DNA from: the human T2T-CHM13v2.0 reference genome, Homo sapiens
Strand: one strand, 5' to 3'
DNA length: 64,000 bases
Assembly (NCBI RefSeq): GCF_009914755.1
Contig: NC_060939.1
A model generated the notes under the pieces. It was not told where the DNA came from and ran no database searches. It saw only the letters and a program-made list of their open reading frames with translations. Position 1 is the stretch's first letter. The number at the start of each line of letters is the position of its first letter. A program made the position numbers and the translations under genes. This document shows, one piece after another, positions 36,436 to 48,945 of this stretch.

Positions 36436-37206
36436 TTATTCTTTAAATCTTTAAAGAAAATATACTGATATGTTCCTACATTGTTTGTAATTGAGCTCCC
36501 TGACCCTCTGATGTTATGTAAAGATCAAAAATCTTAATTAAAGCTACAAATCAGTAGCATTATTTTGAAGAGGTATTTAATGTGAGAAGAAGGCAGTGTG
36601 AGTCAGGAGAAAAGTTACAGCAAAAGTATATGTTAAGCATTCTTTGTAAAGTAGATGTAAAACTTACGAGCTTCTTGACAGGTGATGCAAAATAGAAAAA
36701 TATCAGGAATTGAATTAATACTTTAAAATACTTTGATTTCAATACTTTGAAATTACTGAGTTGAAAAATGTTAATTTTTTTTAAGAAAACGTGGCAAATG
36801 TGGGCATCCCCTGTGGTCCTTTGGTACTCTTCAGCCTGGCTTCCAGATTTCAGATGATGTTGGATCCAGGCTCAGAAGTGAGGATGGGCCTTTGTTGCTG
36901 AGTTCAGAAGATTGCAGGCTACAGGCACTATTCCATATTTTTTAGCCAGGTGTTAGAGAAAATGTTGCTCCTGGAAGTAGTACTTTCTTATCCTTTTAGT
37001 GGTAAGGGTGTAACTTTTTGTACTAAAGGCAGTTTAATTTAAAAAACTACACAAGATACATGGTTAAGTGATTTTATGTACATATAACCCTTTTGGGTAT
37101 TCTTATCATCTGGATTTAACAAAGATATAACTGAGGCTGGTAGTTAAGTATATTACCAGCTGATTAGTGGCAGAACCAGGATTGGAATCTTAGTCTTATT
37201 TACTGG

Positions 37207-37576
37207 CATCTTAGTTAATTCTGGCTGCTGTAACAAAATATCACAGACTGGGTGGCTTATAAATAACAGAAATTTATATCTCTCAGTTCTGGAGTCTGGA
37301 AGTGTGGGATTGTGGTACCAGCATGATCAGGTTCTGGTGAGAGCCCTGTTCTGGGTTGCCGACTGCTGGCTTCTCTTGTATCCTCACATGATGGGATGAG
37401 AGAGCTCTGGTCTTTCTGTCTACTTATAAGGGCACAAATCCCATTTATAAAGGCCCCACCCTCAGAATCTAACTATCTCCCAAAAGCCCCTCCTCCAAAT
37501 GCCATCACATGAAGGATTTAGACTTCAACTTATGAATTTGGGAGAAGAGAGAGATGCAAACGTTTAGTTCATAACA
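37207..37576 (-). mobile_element. MLT1A-like MaLR solo LTR
   Basis: GGCTGCTGTAACAAAATATCACAGACTGGGTGGCTTAT...CATAACA with TSD ACTGG/GCTGG. Confidence 0.88.
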
Positions 37577-37814
37577 GCTGGGTTCTATAGTTACCAGCTG
37601 GAGAGGCCTCTGATGGATACAGGGATCCAGGAGGATATGCAGAAAGGCACTGAACAGGGTATAGAAGTGTGTGGGTATGTGAGTCTGTGGGTATTCACTC
37701 TAAAAGTACAGCAGTATCAAAATTTAATGTTCCACTCTTTGTTGGATTTGGCCCCAATTTCATTTTATGAATGGATGTTAAGATATTTCTGACTACAGGC
37801 CAAAATGATTCAAA

Positions 37815-37930
37815 GCTGGGTGCAATAGTGTGCACCTATAGTCCCAGCTTCTTGGGAGGCTGAAGCAGGAAGATCATGTGAGCCCAGGAGTTTTAAGCAA
37901 CATAGACCTCATCTCTAAAAAACAAATGAA
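37815..37930 (+). mobile_element. FLAM-type Alu monomer
   Basis: Monomer with A-tail and TSD-like AAAAT(G)ATTCAA. Confidence 0.75.
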
Positions 37931-40612
37931 AAATATTCAAACTCTGATTGGTAGTAATAAAGAATGCTGCTCACAACTACATTTTTTTGTGTATATGTTA
38001 TGGGTATTCTCTTCAGTGCAGGTTTATGACTAGTATTCTCGTTTTGAAAAATACTTTTTGGGATGACAATCTTTTTTCAAACTCTTGACTTTATTTTCTG
38101 GAACTAGATGTTGTATTACATCACTGGAAGTTTATTCATGGCTCTCTCTGAAATGAATATTTATGCACCTGTGCAAAGCTCCCCTCACATCTCCGAGCAG
38201 TCAGTGGTATCACAATGAAAGCCAGATGTAGAAAGAGCAGGTTGAGATTGGTGAATATAAAACATGAAACTGGAGTCTATTAGTCAGACACTAAAGGAGC
38301 CTCATGGCTGTATCTCTTTTCCCCCATTTCCGCTGGGCAGCCTTATTTCTGGGTAGAAGCTCTGATCCAAAGAGAATAGCAAAGGGCAGGCCTTAAGTAG
38401 ACAGGAAATGCTCATGTGGGAACTACTATCTTGCTGAAGCCTTTCTGAAATCCCTTCTTCTCCCAGAAACGGAGATCTCTCTGACCTGACCTCTTCTCCC
38501 TTATCAATCCCTATCATCAGATATAACATGGTGCCATGCATTGTCTGTTATCTTTGTATTGTAAGCTCCTTGAAGGTAAGGCTTGTGTCTTTGTCTTTGG
38601 TTTGTGGTAGTAGAAGGCCACCCCAATAGTGAATGATCTAGGATTTCCAGATAAGCTTATTGTTCATCATATAGATGGCGCACATTTCCTTCTTCTTCTA
38701 CCTGTCCCTGTCTCTTGTATTGCATTCGAGTTAATGAGCTAATTCCATATCAAATGGCACAATGATCCTTAACATGTGTACATTCAGTTATTGATGACAG
38801 GTGCTCTCTTGGGTTTAAAAAGCTCTGCTCAAAGAAAGGTTTTGCTTTCTCTCAATTTATGAAAAGTCATTGTGTGCAGGTAGATATTAAGTTTTGTACT
38901 TCGAAGATTTTAGTAATTTAATAATCCTCACCCAGATATCTCAGATAAACAAAATCCTCTTGTTGGACAGATAATAAAAACAAAATACCTTAGACCTACA
39001 TTTCTGGGTTTTCCTATATCCATTTAAGGCAGCATAAATACCCACGTGGAAACAAAACCTTAATCTTAGTTTATTCAGAGTTTTTTTTTCTGTCTCCTCC
39101 AAGAGGAAGATGAGCAAAAAAATAAAAAACTTTGCAGGTGTGTTTCAATCTAAGATTACTTGATTCCTTATTTTCTAGCATTCACATAGTCAGACCCAAT
39201 TAAGTTAGAGGATTTTTTTTTCCGTGACTTCATATTTTTAAGATGAGTAATAAACAGTTATAGTTCAGGGGATACATGTTAGTGAAAAAAAGTCAAAGTT
39301 GTTAGCATAATTGTATAGGGTACCACATTAAGTTTTTCACAGAACTTTTCAAATACCTGAGATAACACAATATACCAGGTCCCCAAGTGTGACTTGAACA
39401 TCGTATGACTTCTGTTTCCTGAAGCTGCTGAGATTCTTTACTGTTAGAGCTTGGGAATTTCAGGAGCAGCACTTCTACAGGAACCTAGTTAAGTTGCCCA
39501 GTGGCTGAGGCATCCTGGAGGAAAAACGACACTTTGTTTAGTGGGCGGGCACTGCAGGAGTTTGTTTTGCCTTTTCTCCTGCTCGCATCCTTCGTCTTCT
39601 CATACTCCCTTAGAATAATCGTGGAAACATGATGCAGGAGGCCTGGGAGGGATCTTTCAACTGTGTCTGAGCAATTTTAAGAGTTGTTCCACCAGGGTCC
39701 CCAGAGGACTTAGGATTTTGTCTCCACTCGGTTATGAGCTGGTAGGGAAATTTGGGAAGAAGCAAGGGAACATGTTTTCAGCCTGATGAGTACCCTACAT
39801 TAGCCAAGTATAGGTGTCACTAAGGATTGTCACGCAGCTCAAAGAGATGTATGTTTTTTCTTCTAGACTACCTTCCTTGTAAAAGTCAGCCTCTTCTGAG
39901 AAAGATTTTAAAATCTGAGATAACAGCGGGAACACAAAGCTGAAGGATTCCTCTTTCTTTCTCTGGGCTTCTGAAAGGCAGACGCTGATGATCGGATTTG
40001 CACTTTTAATGGTGCTCTAATTGACTGGTTAAACATGCCATTGCTGTCTCTAATGTTTTCATTGTGCTCTAATGAATCTCTTACAGGACACACAGCTCAG
40101 CACTCTGAATGCATCCACACCAACGGTCCTCTTTATTATCCCCTCCCAAAACACTATTTTGAGAAGACTTCTTCCTTTATACATTTTACGTAAACATATT
40201 TATTGAGAACTGTTAAGCACGTATAAGAAAATCACAAAAATGGAATGAATAATTTAGGAAGCTCATCTAAGTGACTGGGTAGCACTGACAGTTGGTTTCT
40301 GGAAAGGCAGACCTCTGTTAAATATTGTATGACATAAACAAGATTTCTTTTCAAAAGATGGTTTATTATTAGTGTTTCTTTGGGAAATAGGAATAGCAGC
40401 AGGGGGAAAAAAGACTTTGTTTTGGTTCTCTAGTGTACCTTCAGCCAGCCAGTCGTCTAGGGCCCACAGGGCCTTCTGGCTGGGTGTGCTGGTGGTTGGT
40501 CTAAGATGAGAGGGGAAGGAGGGCACGTGAGTGGGTGCAATTTCCAGCCAACATCAGCAAAAAACACGAAGAGGAGGTGTACACTATTTGTTTTGAGATA
40601 GATGACTGTTAG

Positions 40613-41383
40613 TGTTATCCAACCAAATTGGGTCCACTCACCCAGTGCAGCAAAGCCAAACACTTATATCAGGATTGCAGTGAGCGAAAATGAGGCATTT
40701 ATTGCACAATGCCAAGCAAGGAGAATCGGGCAGCTAATGCTTAGGATCCGAACTCCCTGATGCGTTACAGATAAGGGTTTTTAAAGGTGGGGAGGGAGAA
40801 GTCACAGGCAAAAGTGATAAATCGGCACATCGAGGCTATACATTGGTTTGACTTAAAAAGGGAGGGCATCTCAAAGTGGGGACCCACAGATCCATAGACG
40901 AATTTGAAGATTTTCTGATTTGCAATTGGTTGAGGAGGGAGAGCTTTATCTAAAAATTTAGGGTCAGCAGAAAGAATGTTAGCACTGACTTAGGGACGTG
41001 ACCTCCTCCAGGCCCCTTAGAAAGAAATTTAGAACAAAGAACAGTGGTCAGAATTCTGTCCTCAGTTTCCCCCTTATCTGAGGTCTACGGGCCAGAGAAT
41101 CCATTTGGTGGCGATGTGGGTTTCTGAAAAACAATGCGGGGACATGTGTTAAGATGTTATCTTCAGTTTCTATAAGGAACAAAACATTCTTCTGACTCTA
41201 CCTTCCTTGGTTATTGTTTTAAGCTACTACTATCTTCTTGCTTATCACGTTGCTCATTTACTTCTCAAAGCTGGCTAGGTGCCAGGAATTTCCCTTGAAG
41301 AAATTCAAGATTTTCCTTTATTTCTGTGCTCTGGGGGTGAGAGATGTCTGGCAGGCCCCCAAGAGTGGGTCCCTGCTCTGTCA
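40613..41383 (-). mobile_element. ERV1 solo LTR (LOR1/MER34/MER72-like)
   Basis: TGTTATCCAACCAAATTGGGTCCACTCACCCAGTGCAGCAAAGCCAAACAC...TTTATTG...CTGCTCTGTCA, with TG/CA ends. Confidence 0.75.
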
Positions 41384-41967
41384 CTAACTCTCCAACTGCC
41401 GGCAGCCTCAGAAGAGAGTGTACATTGCTTTCTTACCCTTTATTTTTTTAGGCCCATCTTACCTATTACTGCTTAGAGGAACAACTAGACTTAGGGGCTC
41501 AAAAAAGACTTGTCAAAGTGAATTGCTCTAAATGTTGTAATGTCAAGAATGGGTGAAAGTGTGGAGTAACTGACACATTGCTTGTGGGATTATAAATTGT
41601 ACCACCACTTTAAGAGGTGAGTTAGAAGTATCTATCCAATCCAGCACTTCTTCAGTATAACTAGCAGGAGGTAAGCATAAGATTATCTACTGCCACGTAA
41701 CAAAAGCAAAAGTACTCCCATATCCATGGGAAACCACTTATGGAGCAGCTAAACAGAATGAGTTAGATCTGTATCCAGCTCAACACAGAGGGATCTCTAA
41801 GATGCATTGAGTGGGGAAAAAAAAGTATCACATACCTTTTATGAGATACCATATAGTTTCTGCAGCTACATTTATGTACAATCATACATATAAGTGTGTG
41901 TATATGTATGTATAGATATGTTTGGAAGGAGATAAACCTAATTTCTACTTCTGAAAAGGAAGAGAGG

Positions 41968-42228
41968 GGCTGGGCACAGTGGCTCACACCTATAAACCCA
42001 ACACTTTGGGAGGCTGAGGTGGGCAGATCGCTTGAGTCCAGGAGTTTGAGACCAGCTTGGGCAACATGGCAAGATTCCCTCTGCAAAAAAAAATATGAAA
42101 AATTTAACCAGGCATGGTGGTGTGCATCTGTAGTCCCAGCCACTCAGGAGGCTGAGGTTGGAGGATCGCTTGAGACAAGGAGGTTGAGGCTGCAGTGAGC
42201 CGAGCATGCACTCCTGCACTCCAGCCTG
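41968..42228 (+). mobile_element. AluJ lacking its 3' terminus and tail
   Basis: AluJ diagnostics (GATCGCTTGAG, GAGGCTGCAGTGAGC). Ends at CCAGCCTG. Inserted in an old L1 3' fragment (about 41500-41960). Confidence 0.9.
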
Positions 42229-43079
42229 AAAAAGAAATGAGGGCGACAACAGAGATAGAAGACGGAGGATAATCATAGAGGATTTAGCCTTCTTTGAAAT
42301 GCCAAAAAAGTATGTGTTGATGTATTACTGATCTAATTTAAGCCTAAACCAAAAAGTAAAGCGTTGTCTCTTTTACGGTGAGACTGGGTAGTTTGTGGGG
42401 CCAGGAGACGTTTTTGCATCATCAAGTAATCTGTCAACATATTTCAGATAAGAAACAGCAAGACTTACTGGAGTAGATAGGAATTATTTCTACTAGTAAG
42501 TCACTGGGTTACCCTCACTCATTGTTTACCTTGCCTTCAGATTTGGCTACTCACAAAATGCTGGCTCTTGTTTGACTCATAGATGTCTTACAAATATTAT
42601 GCAGTTTTGGATGAAAATAAATATGTGTTCCCCTCATGGCTGAATAGTTTTTTGGAGAAAGCCAAGGTAAGCATCACAAGCAGGAGCTTGTGAGGATCAT
42701 AAAAATCATAGGTGCTGATGTAAAAAGATGACTACTACAGGAGGGAAAAAACCAAGTGTCTGCATTTAGTTAAAAGGAAGAACAGTGTGGTATCTGGGGA
42801 ACACAAAGGATGTTACTGAACTACATAAATGTAGTTTTCAAAACAGTACACCTATGTTAACCTGCCAGCCCTCACCCTGTAGCCTCATCTGTTTGGGGAA
42901 AATTTGAGGTTCCAAGACTTTTTCTTGTCTTAAGATGCTTACTCCTGAGTTTTGCAGCACTGTTGCATTTAAATCCTGTTTCCAGGTGACTATGAAACGA
43001 TTCTTGAGATAGTCAACCGTGTTTTCCGAATTTTTGACCACAGAGACCCACTTAAATTTCATTAGATGTGAAGATTTTT

Positions 43080-43153
43080 CTTTTTTTCTTTCTTTTTTTT
43101 TTTTTTGAGACGGAGTAGCTGGGATTACAGGTGCCCACGACCACGCCTAGCTA

Positions 43154-43186
<33 letters not shown>

Positions 43187-43306
43187 AAAGTAGAGATGGG
43201 GTTTCACTATGTTGGCTAGGCTAGTCTCAAACTCCTGACCTTGTGATCTGCCTGCCTCAGTCTCCCAAAGTGCTAGGATTACAGGCGTGAGGCACCGCGA
43301 CTGGCT
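43080..43306 (-). mobile_element. AluS with a roughly 100-bp internal deletion and (TG)n in the linker
   Basis: GAGACGGAGT joined directly to AGCTGGGATTACAGG. TSD AGATG(T/A)GAAGATTTTTC. Confidence 0.93.
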
Positions 43307-44279
43307 GAGATGAGAAGATTTTTCTAGTCTCAATAATTCCACATCGAATTAGTTTTTCAATGTCTGGCTTATATGAAGTCAGGATAGAAAAATCAATACA
43401 ATCCAACTCTTTGGCCTAAATTAATCTAGCCTTAGAACCGTGGAAATAATGTCCATTGTGTGGGCTGAATCAAATTAGTTTATTGATCAATTCTTCAACT
43501 GGTCTGTCCATTACCTGAGGCCTATATTGACCTTTTCCCTCATGGGTCTTTGACTCATGCAAACATTCTAGAGGAAGATAAAATGGGACTCTCCAAATCA
43601 TTGTTATCTGCTGCATAGAGATGTATTTTATGCTGTATGTATTCAGGTATGTATTTTTGGTTAGTGTGTAGTAAGCATAAAAACTGCCACCTGGGGTTGG
43701 ACCGAGGGGTCCCTATACTGCTTCACTTGTCTCCCACAGGAAAGTCATTGTTATAGAAGAGTATCTTTGTTTGATTTGGCTTTTTCAGGCATTAGTATCA
43801 AATGTTAGGCATGTCCCCCCAAATCCTTTATTTCATTAGCAGACCATTAATGCATGCTTGGATTTGCATCTAAAGCTATTTTGGTCATTCAACATTTTAT
43901 ATAATAAGTACATATTACGTTCACTAAACTTCTTGGGTATTGTGTGCTGGACATATAAGATGACATAGAAGTAATGATACACTCAAAGAAATTAAAGGAC
44001 AATTAGGGAAGATAGATTAGTAAGTAAATAAATGCAGTCGTAGGAGTATGAAAAAGGGTAAGAAGTAAAAATATAGAAGTAGCTGATTTATATATTGACT
44101 GTGTAGCATCTTTTGAAGTAACAAGTTTCACATGATTAGCCTATACAAATTACTTTTAGTATTAGAAAACTAAACTGGTGTGTGAGAAAGCACCTTACTG
44201 GGTAGCTAGTACATTTCAGGCTTTCAATGTATTTGCTTCCCCTTCCTTACCTCAAGCTTTGGGATGCCCCATTCCACAA

Positions 44280-44890
44280 GCAGCTGGTTACCTCATCCAT
44301 ATTTTTAAGTAAACTGATGCATTTTAGTGGTATTTCTTTTCAAGTCCCATTTTCCAGATTGGCAGACTCTCATATTTTAGTGTGACCTCACTGGACACAA
44401 CTTTATCCACCTAATCATTATACTTAATCTTTTTGTGTCTCCTCCAGCTCCATTACATTTTTCTTCAAGTGCAACAATTTGAACTTCACACAGCATTCCA
44501 ACTGTGGAAGCACCCTCATTCTCCAAAATCCTAGGATAATAGTTTGCACCTTTTCTGATGGTAGTTGACATTTTGTTGGGATGTTTTTGTAGGTAACAGC
44601 ACACTGGGTCAATGTCTTCAAAAATAGTTGATGATATCATCAAGGTCTCTTTCCTAAGTTGTGCCTGAGAGAGAGCCCATCAAACCAGTAAATGTAGATT
44701 GTATTTTCAGTAAAAATATTGTCTATTTGCCCACAGTGAAATTCATCAGTTGTTTGTTGGTTGTTTGCCAGTTACAGCGTCAGAAGTTTGCTCTGCAAAT
44801 CACCTCCGTTGTCTTGGTGGGTCCTGTGCTTATAGTTTGTATTAGCTGCAAGAGGTTTTGTCATTTGCACATTAAGAGATTTCAAAGGGT
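44280..44890 (-). mobile_element. Ancient CR1/L3-family LINE, RT C-terminal region
   Basis: Frameshifted minus-strand translation gives colinear CR1-like motifs: IS*CAND (ISKFADD), LMNFTVGK (QMKFNVDK), MGS..ERDL, LKTLTQCA, NKMSTTIRKG, VLPQLECCVKF...HLKKNVMELEETQ (VRPHLEYCVQF...HLKKDILELEKVQ). Confidence 0.8.
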
Positions 44891-45281
44891 GTTTACTCCA
44901 GAATGTGTTAGAACTCAGTTGAATCCACTTATTCCTCTCCATATTTCCACATGTCTAAAACTTATCTTCTCTCTGTAATATAGAACAATATTAACCAATT
45001 TCATGGCAACTTTTTTGAAAGTAGAGTTGGAAGCCTTGGTAACTTGATGAAATATTTTATGCAAGTAAAAATATCTAGTACCCATATGTAAGGCACAAAC
45101 AATAAAGATAAACTGAACACTCGCATACTTGCTATTCAGCTAAAGTAACAGGGTATTACCGATAACTGTGTGCCCCTCCCCAGTTGTATTTCTCTCTCCT
45201 CTTCAGAGATAACCTCTAACCAGAATGTGTCATTCTCTTCTCTTTAGTGTTTGCTGTAGGTATTTCTCCCAACACTAATAA

Positions 45282-45606
<325 letters not shown>

Positions 45607-45611
45607 ATTTA

Positions 45612-45748
45612 CATTTTAAGTTCAGGGGTACATGTGCAGGTTTGTTATTATAGGTAAATTTGTATCACTAGGGCTTGTTGTACAGATCATTTCATCACCC
45701 AGGTATTAAGCCTAGAACCACCCATTAGTTATTTTTCCTGATTCTCCA
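45612..45748 (-). mobile_element. Short L1PA (PA11-13-like) 3' end
   Basis: AAGTTCAGGGGTACATGTGCAGGTTTGTTA...CATCACCCAGGTATTAAGCCTAG...TTATTTTTCCTGAT. Confidence 0.8.
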
Positions 45749-46080
45749 ACCTCTGATAATTATAATTTTTATATAGATGTGTCATACTCTCTGTATTTTT
45801 CTGGAACTACTTTTGTTAATGTTGTGAGTTTCACGTATAGTGATATATATGGTTCTCATCAATTTTCAGCTACTCTGTGGCATTCCAGTGTATACATTTA
45901 TCATTATGCTTTTTTCCAGTCAGTGTATAGTTTGGGGCTCTGGATATGTGTATGTGTGTGTGTGCTATTTCACATCCTACTGTAATAAACATTCTTATAC
46001 TTGTGTGAGAATTTCTTCAGGATTTATACTTACAAATGAAATTGATGGGTCAAATGGGCTATATGCCTCTTCCTCCATAT

Positions 46081-46608
46081 TGTGTCTCGCATTTATTCCT
46101 TCTCATGGGTTCTTGCTCTTGCTAACTTCAAGAATGAAGCCACCGACCTCAAGCGTTACAGCTCTTAAAGGTGGCATGTCCGGAGTTGATTGTTCCTCCC
46201 GGTAGGTTCCTGGTCTCACTGACTTCAGAGATGAAGCTGCAGACCCTCGCAGTGTTACAGCTCTTAAAGGTGGTGTGGACCCAAAGAGTGAGCAGCAGCA
46301 GCAAGATTTATTATGAAGAGCTACAGAACAAAGCTTCCACAGCGTGGCAAGGAACCCAAGTGAGTTGCCACTACTGGCTGGGGTGGCAGCTTTTATTCCC
46401 TTATTTGACCCTGCCCATGTCCTGCTGATTGGTCCATTTTACAGAGTTCTGATTCGTCAATTTTACAGAGTTCTGATTGGTCCATTTTACAGAGTTCTGA
46501 TTGGTCCATTTTACAAAGTGCTGATTGGTGCATTTACAATCCTCTAGCTAGACAGAAAAGTTCTCTAAGTCCCCATCAACCCAGAAGTCCAGCTGGCTTC
46601 ACCTCTCA
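46081..46608 (-). mobile_element. LTR12 (ERV9) solo LTR, short LTR12F-like form
   Basis: Ends CCAGCTGGCTTCACCTCTCA. Repeated GTTACAGCTCTTAAAGGTGG blocks, a CTGATTGG repeat array, and a perfect 4-bp TSD ATAT. Confidence 0.95.
46425..46535 (-). promoter_or_regulatory. LTR12 U3 24-bp tandem array with CCAAT (NF-Y) boxes
   Basis: Unit CTGATTGGTCCATTTTACAGAGTT at 46425, 46449 (mutated to ATTCG), 46473, 46497 and partial 46521. AATAAAAGC TATA-like box on the minus strand at 46389-46397. Confidence 0.8.
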
Positions 46609-46874
46609 ATATCATATATAGCAAGTTATATTTCAAGGTTGTGTTCATTTGAGTTGTCATTGCCACCATAAGTATATGAACCCTCCTTGTGCAATATCTT
46701 TGCTATACTGATTTCCTTTTTTTTCAAATCTGATGGAGTGAAATAGTGTCACACTGTGTCTTTAATTTTACCATCAAGGTTGAGCATCTTTTTCATATAT
46801 TTATTAGATATTGGTGTTGGTTTTTTCTTTGAAATACCTGCTCATGGCTTTGGGTTACTATCTTTTCCAAATAA

Positions 46875-47290
<416 letters not shown>

Positions 47291-47572
47291 AAAACCATAT
47301 TGTTAATCTTAGTGCAATTTGATGTATTAGCCTTTAAGTTATTTATTTTTTGTTTTTTAAGTGGTCCTTATCTACCACAATATCAAAAATATTTTCTTCT
47401 AACATTTTCAGAGTTTTTCTTTTTACATTTAAATATCTAATCCACTGGAATTGGTGTGTGAGTTGTGAAGTGGGGATTCAGTTTTATTGTTTATGCATGT
47501 GCTAACTAGTTGTCTTAGCATCACTTATTGTAATGATTTATACTTTCAACTCTGTCAATATCAAGATTCCAT

Positions 47573-47601
47573 GTGTTTGAGTGTGTGTGAGAGAGAGAGA
47601 T

Positions 47602-47641
<40 letters not shown>
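47573..47641. repeat. Compound (GA)n/(TG)n microsatellite
   Basis: Direct reading. Confidence 0.95.
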
Positions 47642-47644
<3 letters not shown>

Positions 47645-48140
47645 ATTCAATATGATTGCAAAAAATAGAAAAAAAATAGTGGCCTATTAAGCCTGGAGTT
47701 TGTCTCATGCAATAAGTGGTCTGTGGTCTGGAGCAAAGTCGTTGAGGCTGGCATAGCAGCTCAGCAGTGTCATCAAGGACCTAGGCTCCTTTTACATTAC
47801 ATCATTGCCATCCTTAACATTTTCCTCATGGTTACGGCATGGCTGCCATACTCCAAGGTTTTATATTTGTGTTCAAGTCAGGAAGAAGAGGAGAAGTATA
47901 AAGGTCAAAGACCTGATCTTGTTACGATTTACCTTTTAGTTTTTCAGGAAGGGAAAATCTTTTTTAAGACCTTATCCCTAAATTTTATTGTATAAAACTG
48001 TTATATATACTACTCTTACCTGAAAGGAGGCTGGGAATTAAAATAGAGCATTGAGTTGAGTAGTTTCCACTGTGGAAGAAAACAAGGAAGAACGGAGTTG
48101 GGATAACTGTTGAGTGAGCCAGCTTACAGTCTCTGCCACA
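47645..48140 (-). mobile_element. Old MaLR LTR (MLT1J/L-like)
   Basis: GTCATCAAGGACCTAGGCTCCTT...CCTCATGGTTACGGCATGGCTGCC...GGAGGCTGGGAA. Confidence 0.6.
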
Positions 48141-48220
48141 GTGGCCTGTTTCTGGACTCTGCTTTTCCACTGGTCTGTATACTTACCTCTTCTCTAATAC
48201 CACATTATCCTACTATAACT

Positions 48221-48469
<249 letters not shown>

Positions 48470-48945
48470 TATCTATATATTGACAAATGATAAATTGTAT
48501 ATATTTATTGTGTATTATTGTATTTCTCTCTCTCCTCTTCAGAGATAACCTCTAACCAGAATTTGTCTGGTTAGACAGAAACGATGTGATGTTTTTTGAA
48601 CTAAGAAAATTTACATAGTCATTACCTCACATACTTTTTTTGTGGTGAGAACATTTAAAATCTCTTGGCAATTTTGAAGTAAATTATACATTATTATTAA
48701 TTATAGTCACCATGATGTACGGTGGATCCCCAGAACTTATTCCCCTTGCCTGACACTGTGTACCTGTAACCAGCATCTCCCATTCCGTACTTCCCTCCCC
48801 ATCCTCCACCCCCAGGCCATGGTAACCACCATTCCACTCATTGCTTCTATGAGCTCCTTTTTAAAAAAATTCCACATATAAGTGAGATTATGCAGTATTT
48901 GTCTTGATGTGCCTGGTGCCTGGCCTGTCTCACTAAGCATAACTT
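48470..48945 (-). mobile_element. L1MA-like 3' end
   Basis: CATTACCTCACATAC...TTTGTGGTGAGAACATTTAAAATC...TCCACATATAAGTGAGAT. Confidence 0.85.

Noticed and set aside
44377-44643. Possible ribosomal-protein processed pseudogene (GGDTKR resembles the RPL36A C-terminus)
   Set aside because: The resemblance is only a few residues. The region is explained far better by colinear CR1 RT motifs, and there is no poly-A or TSD.
46425-46535. CRISPR-like regularly spaced repeats
   Set aside because: Head-to-tail 24-bp units with no unique spacers; this is the normal LTR12 U3 array in a primate genome.
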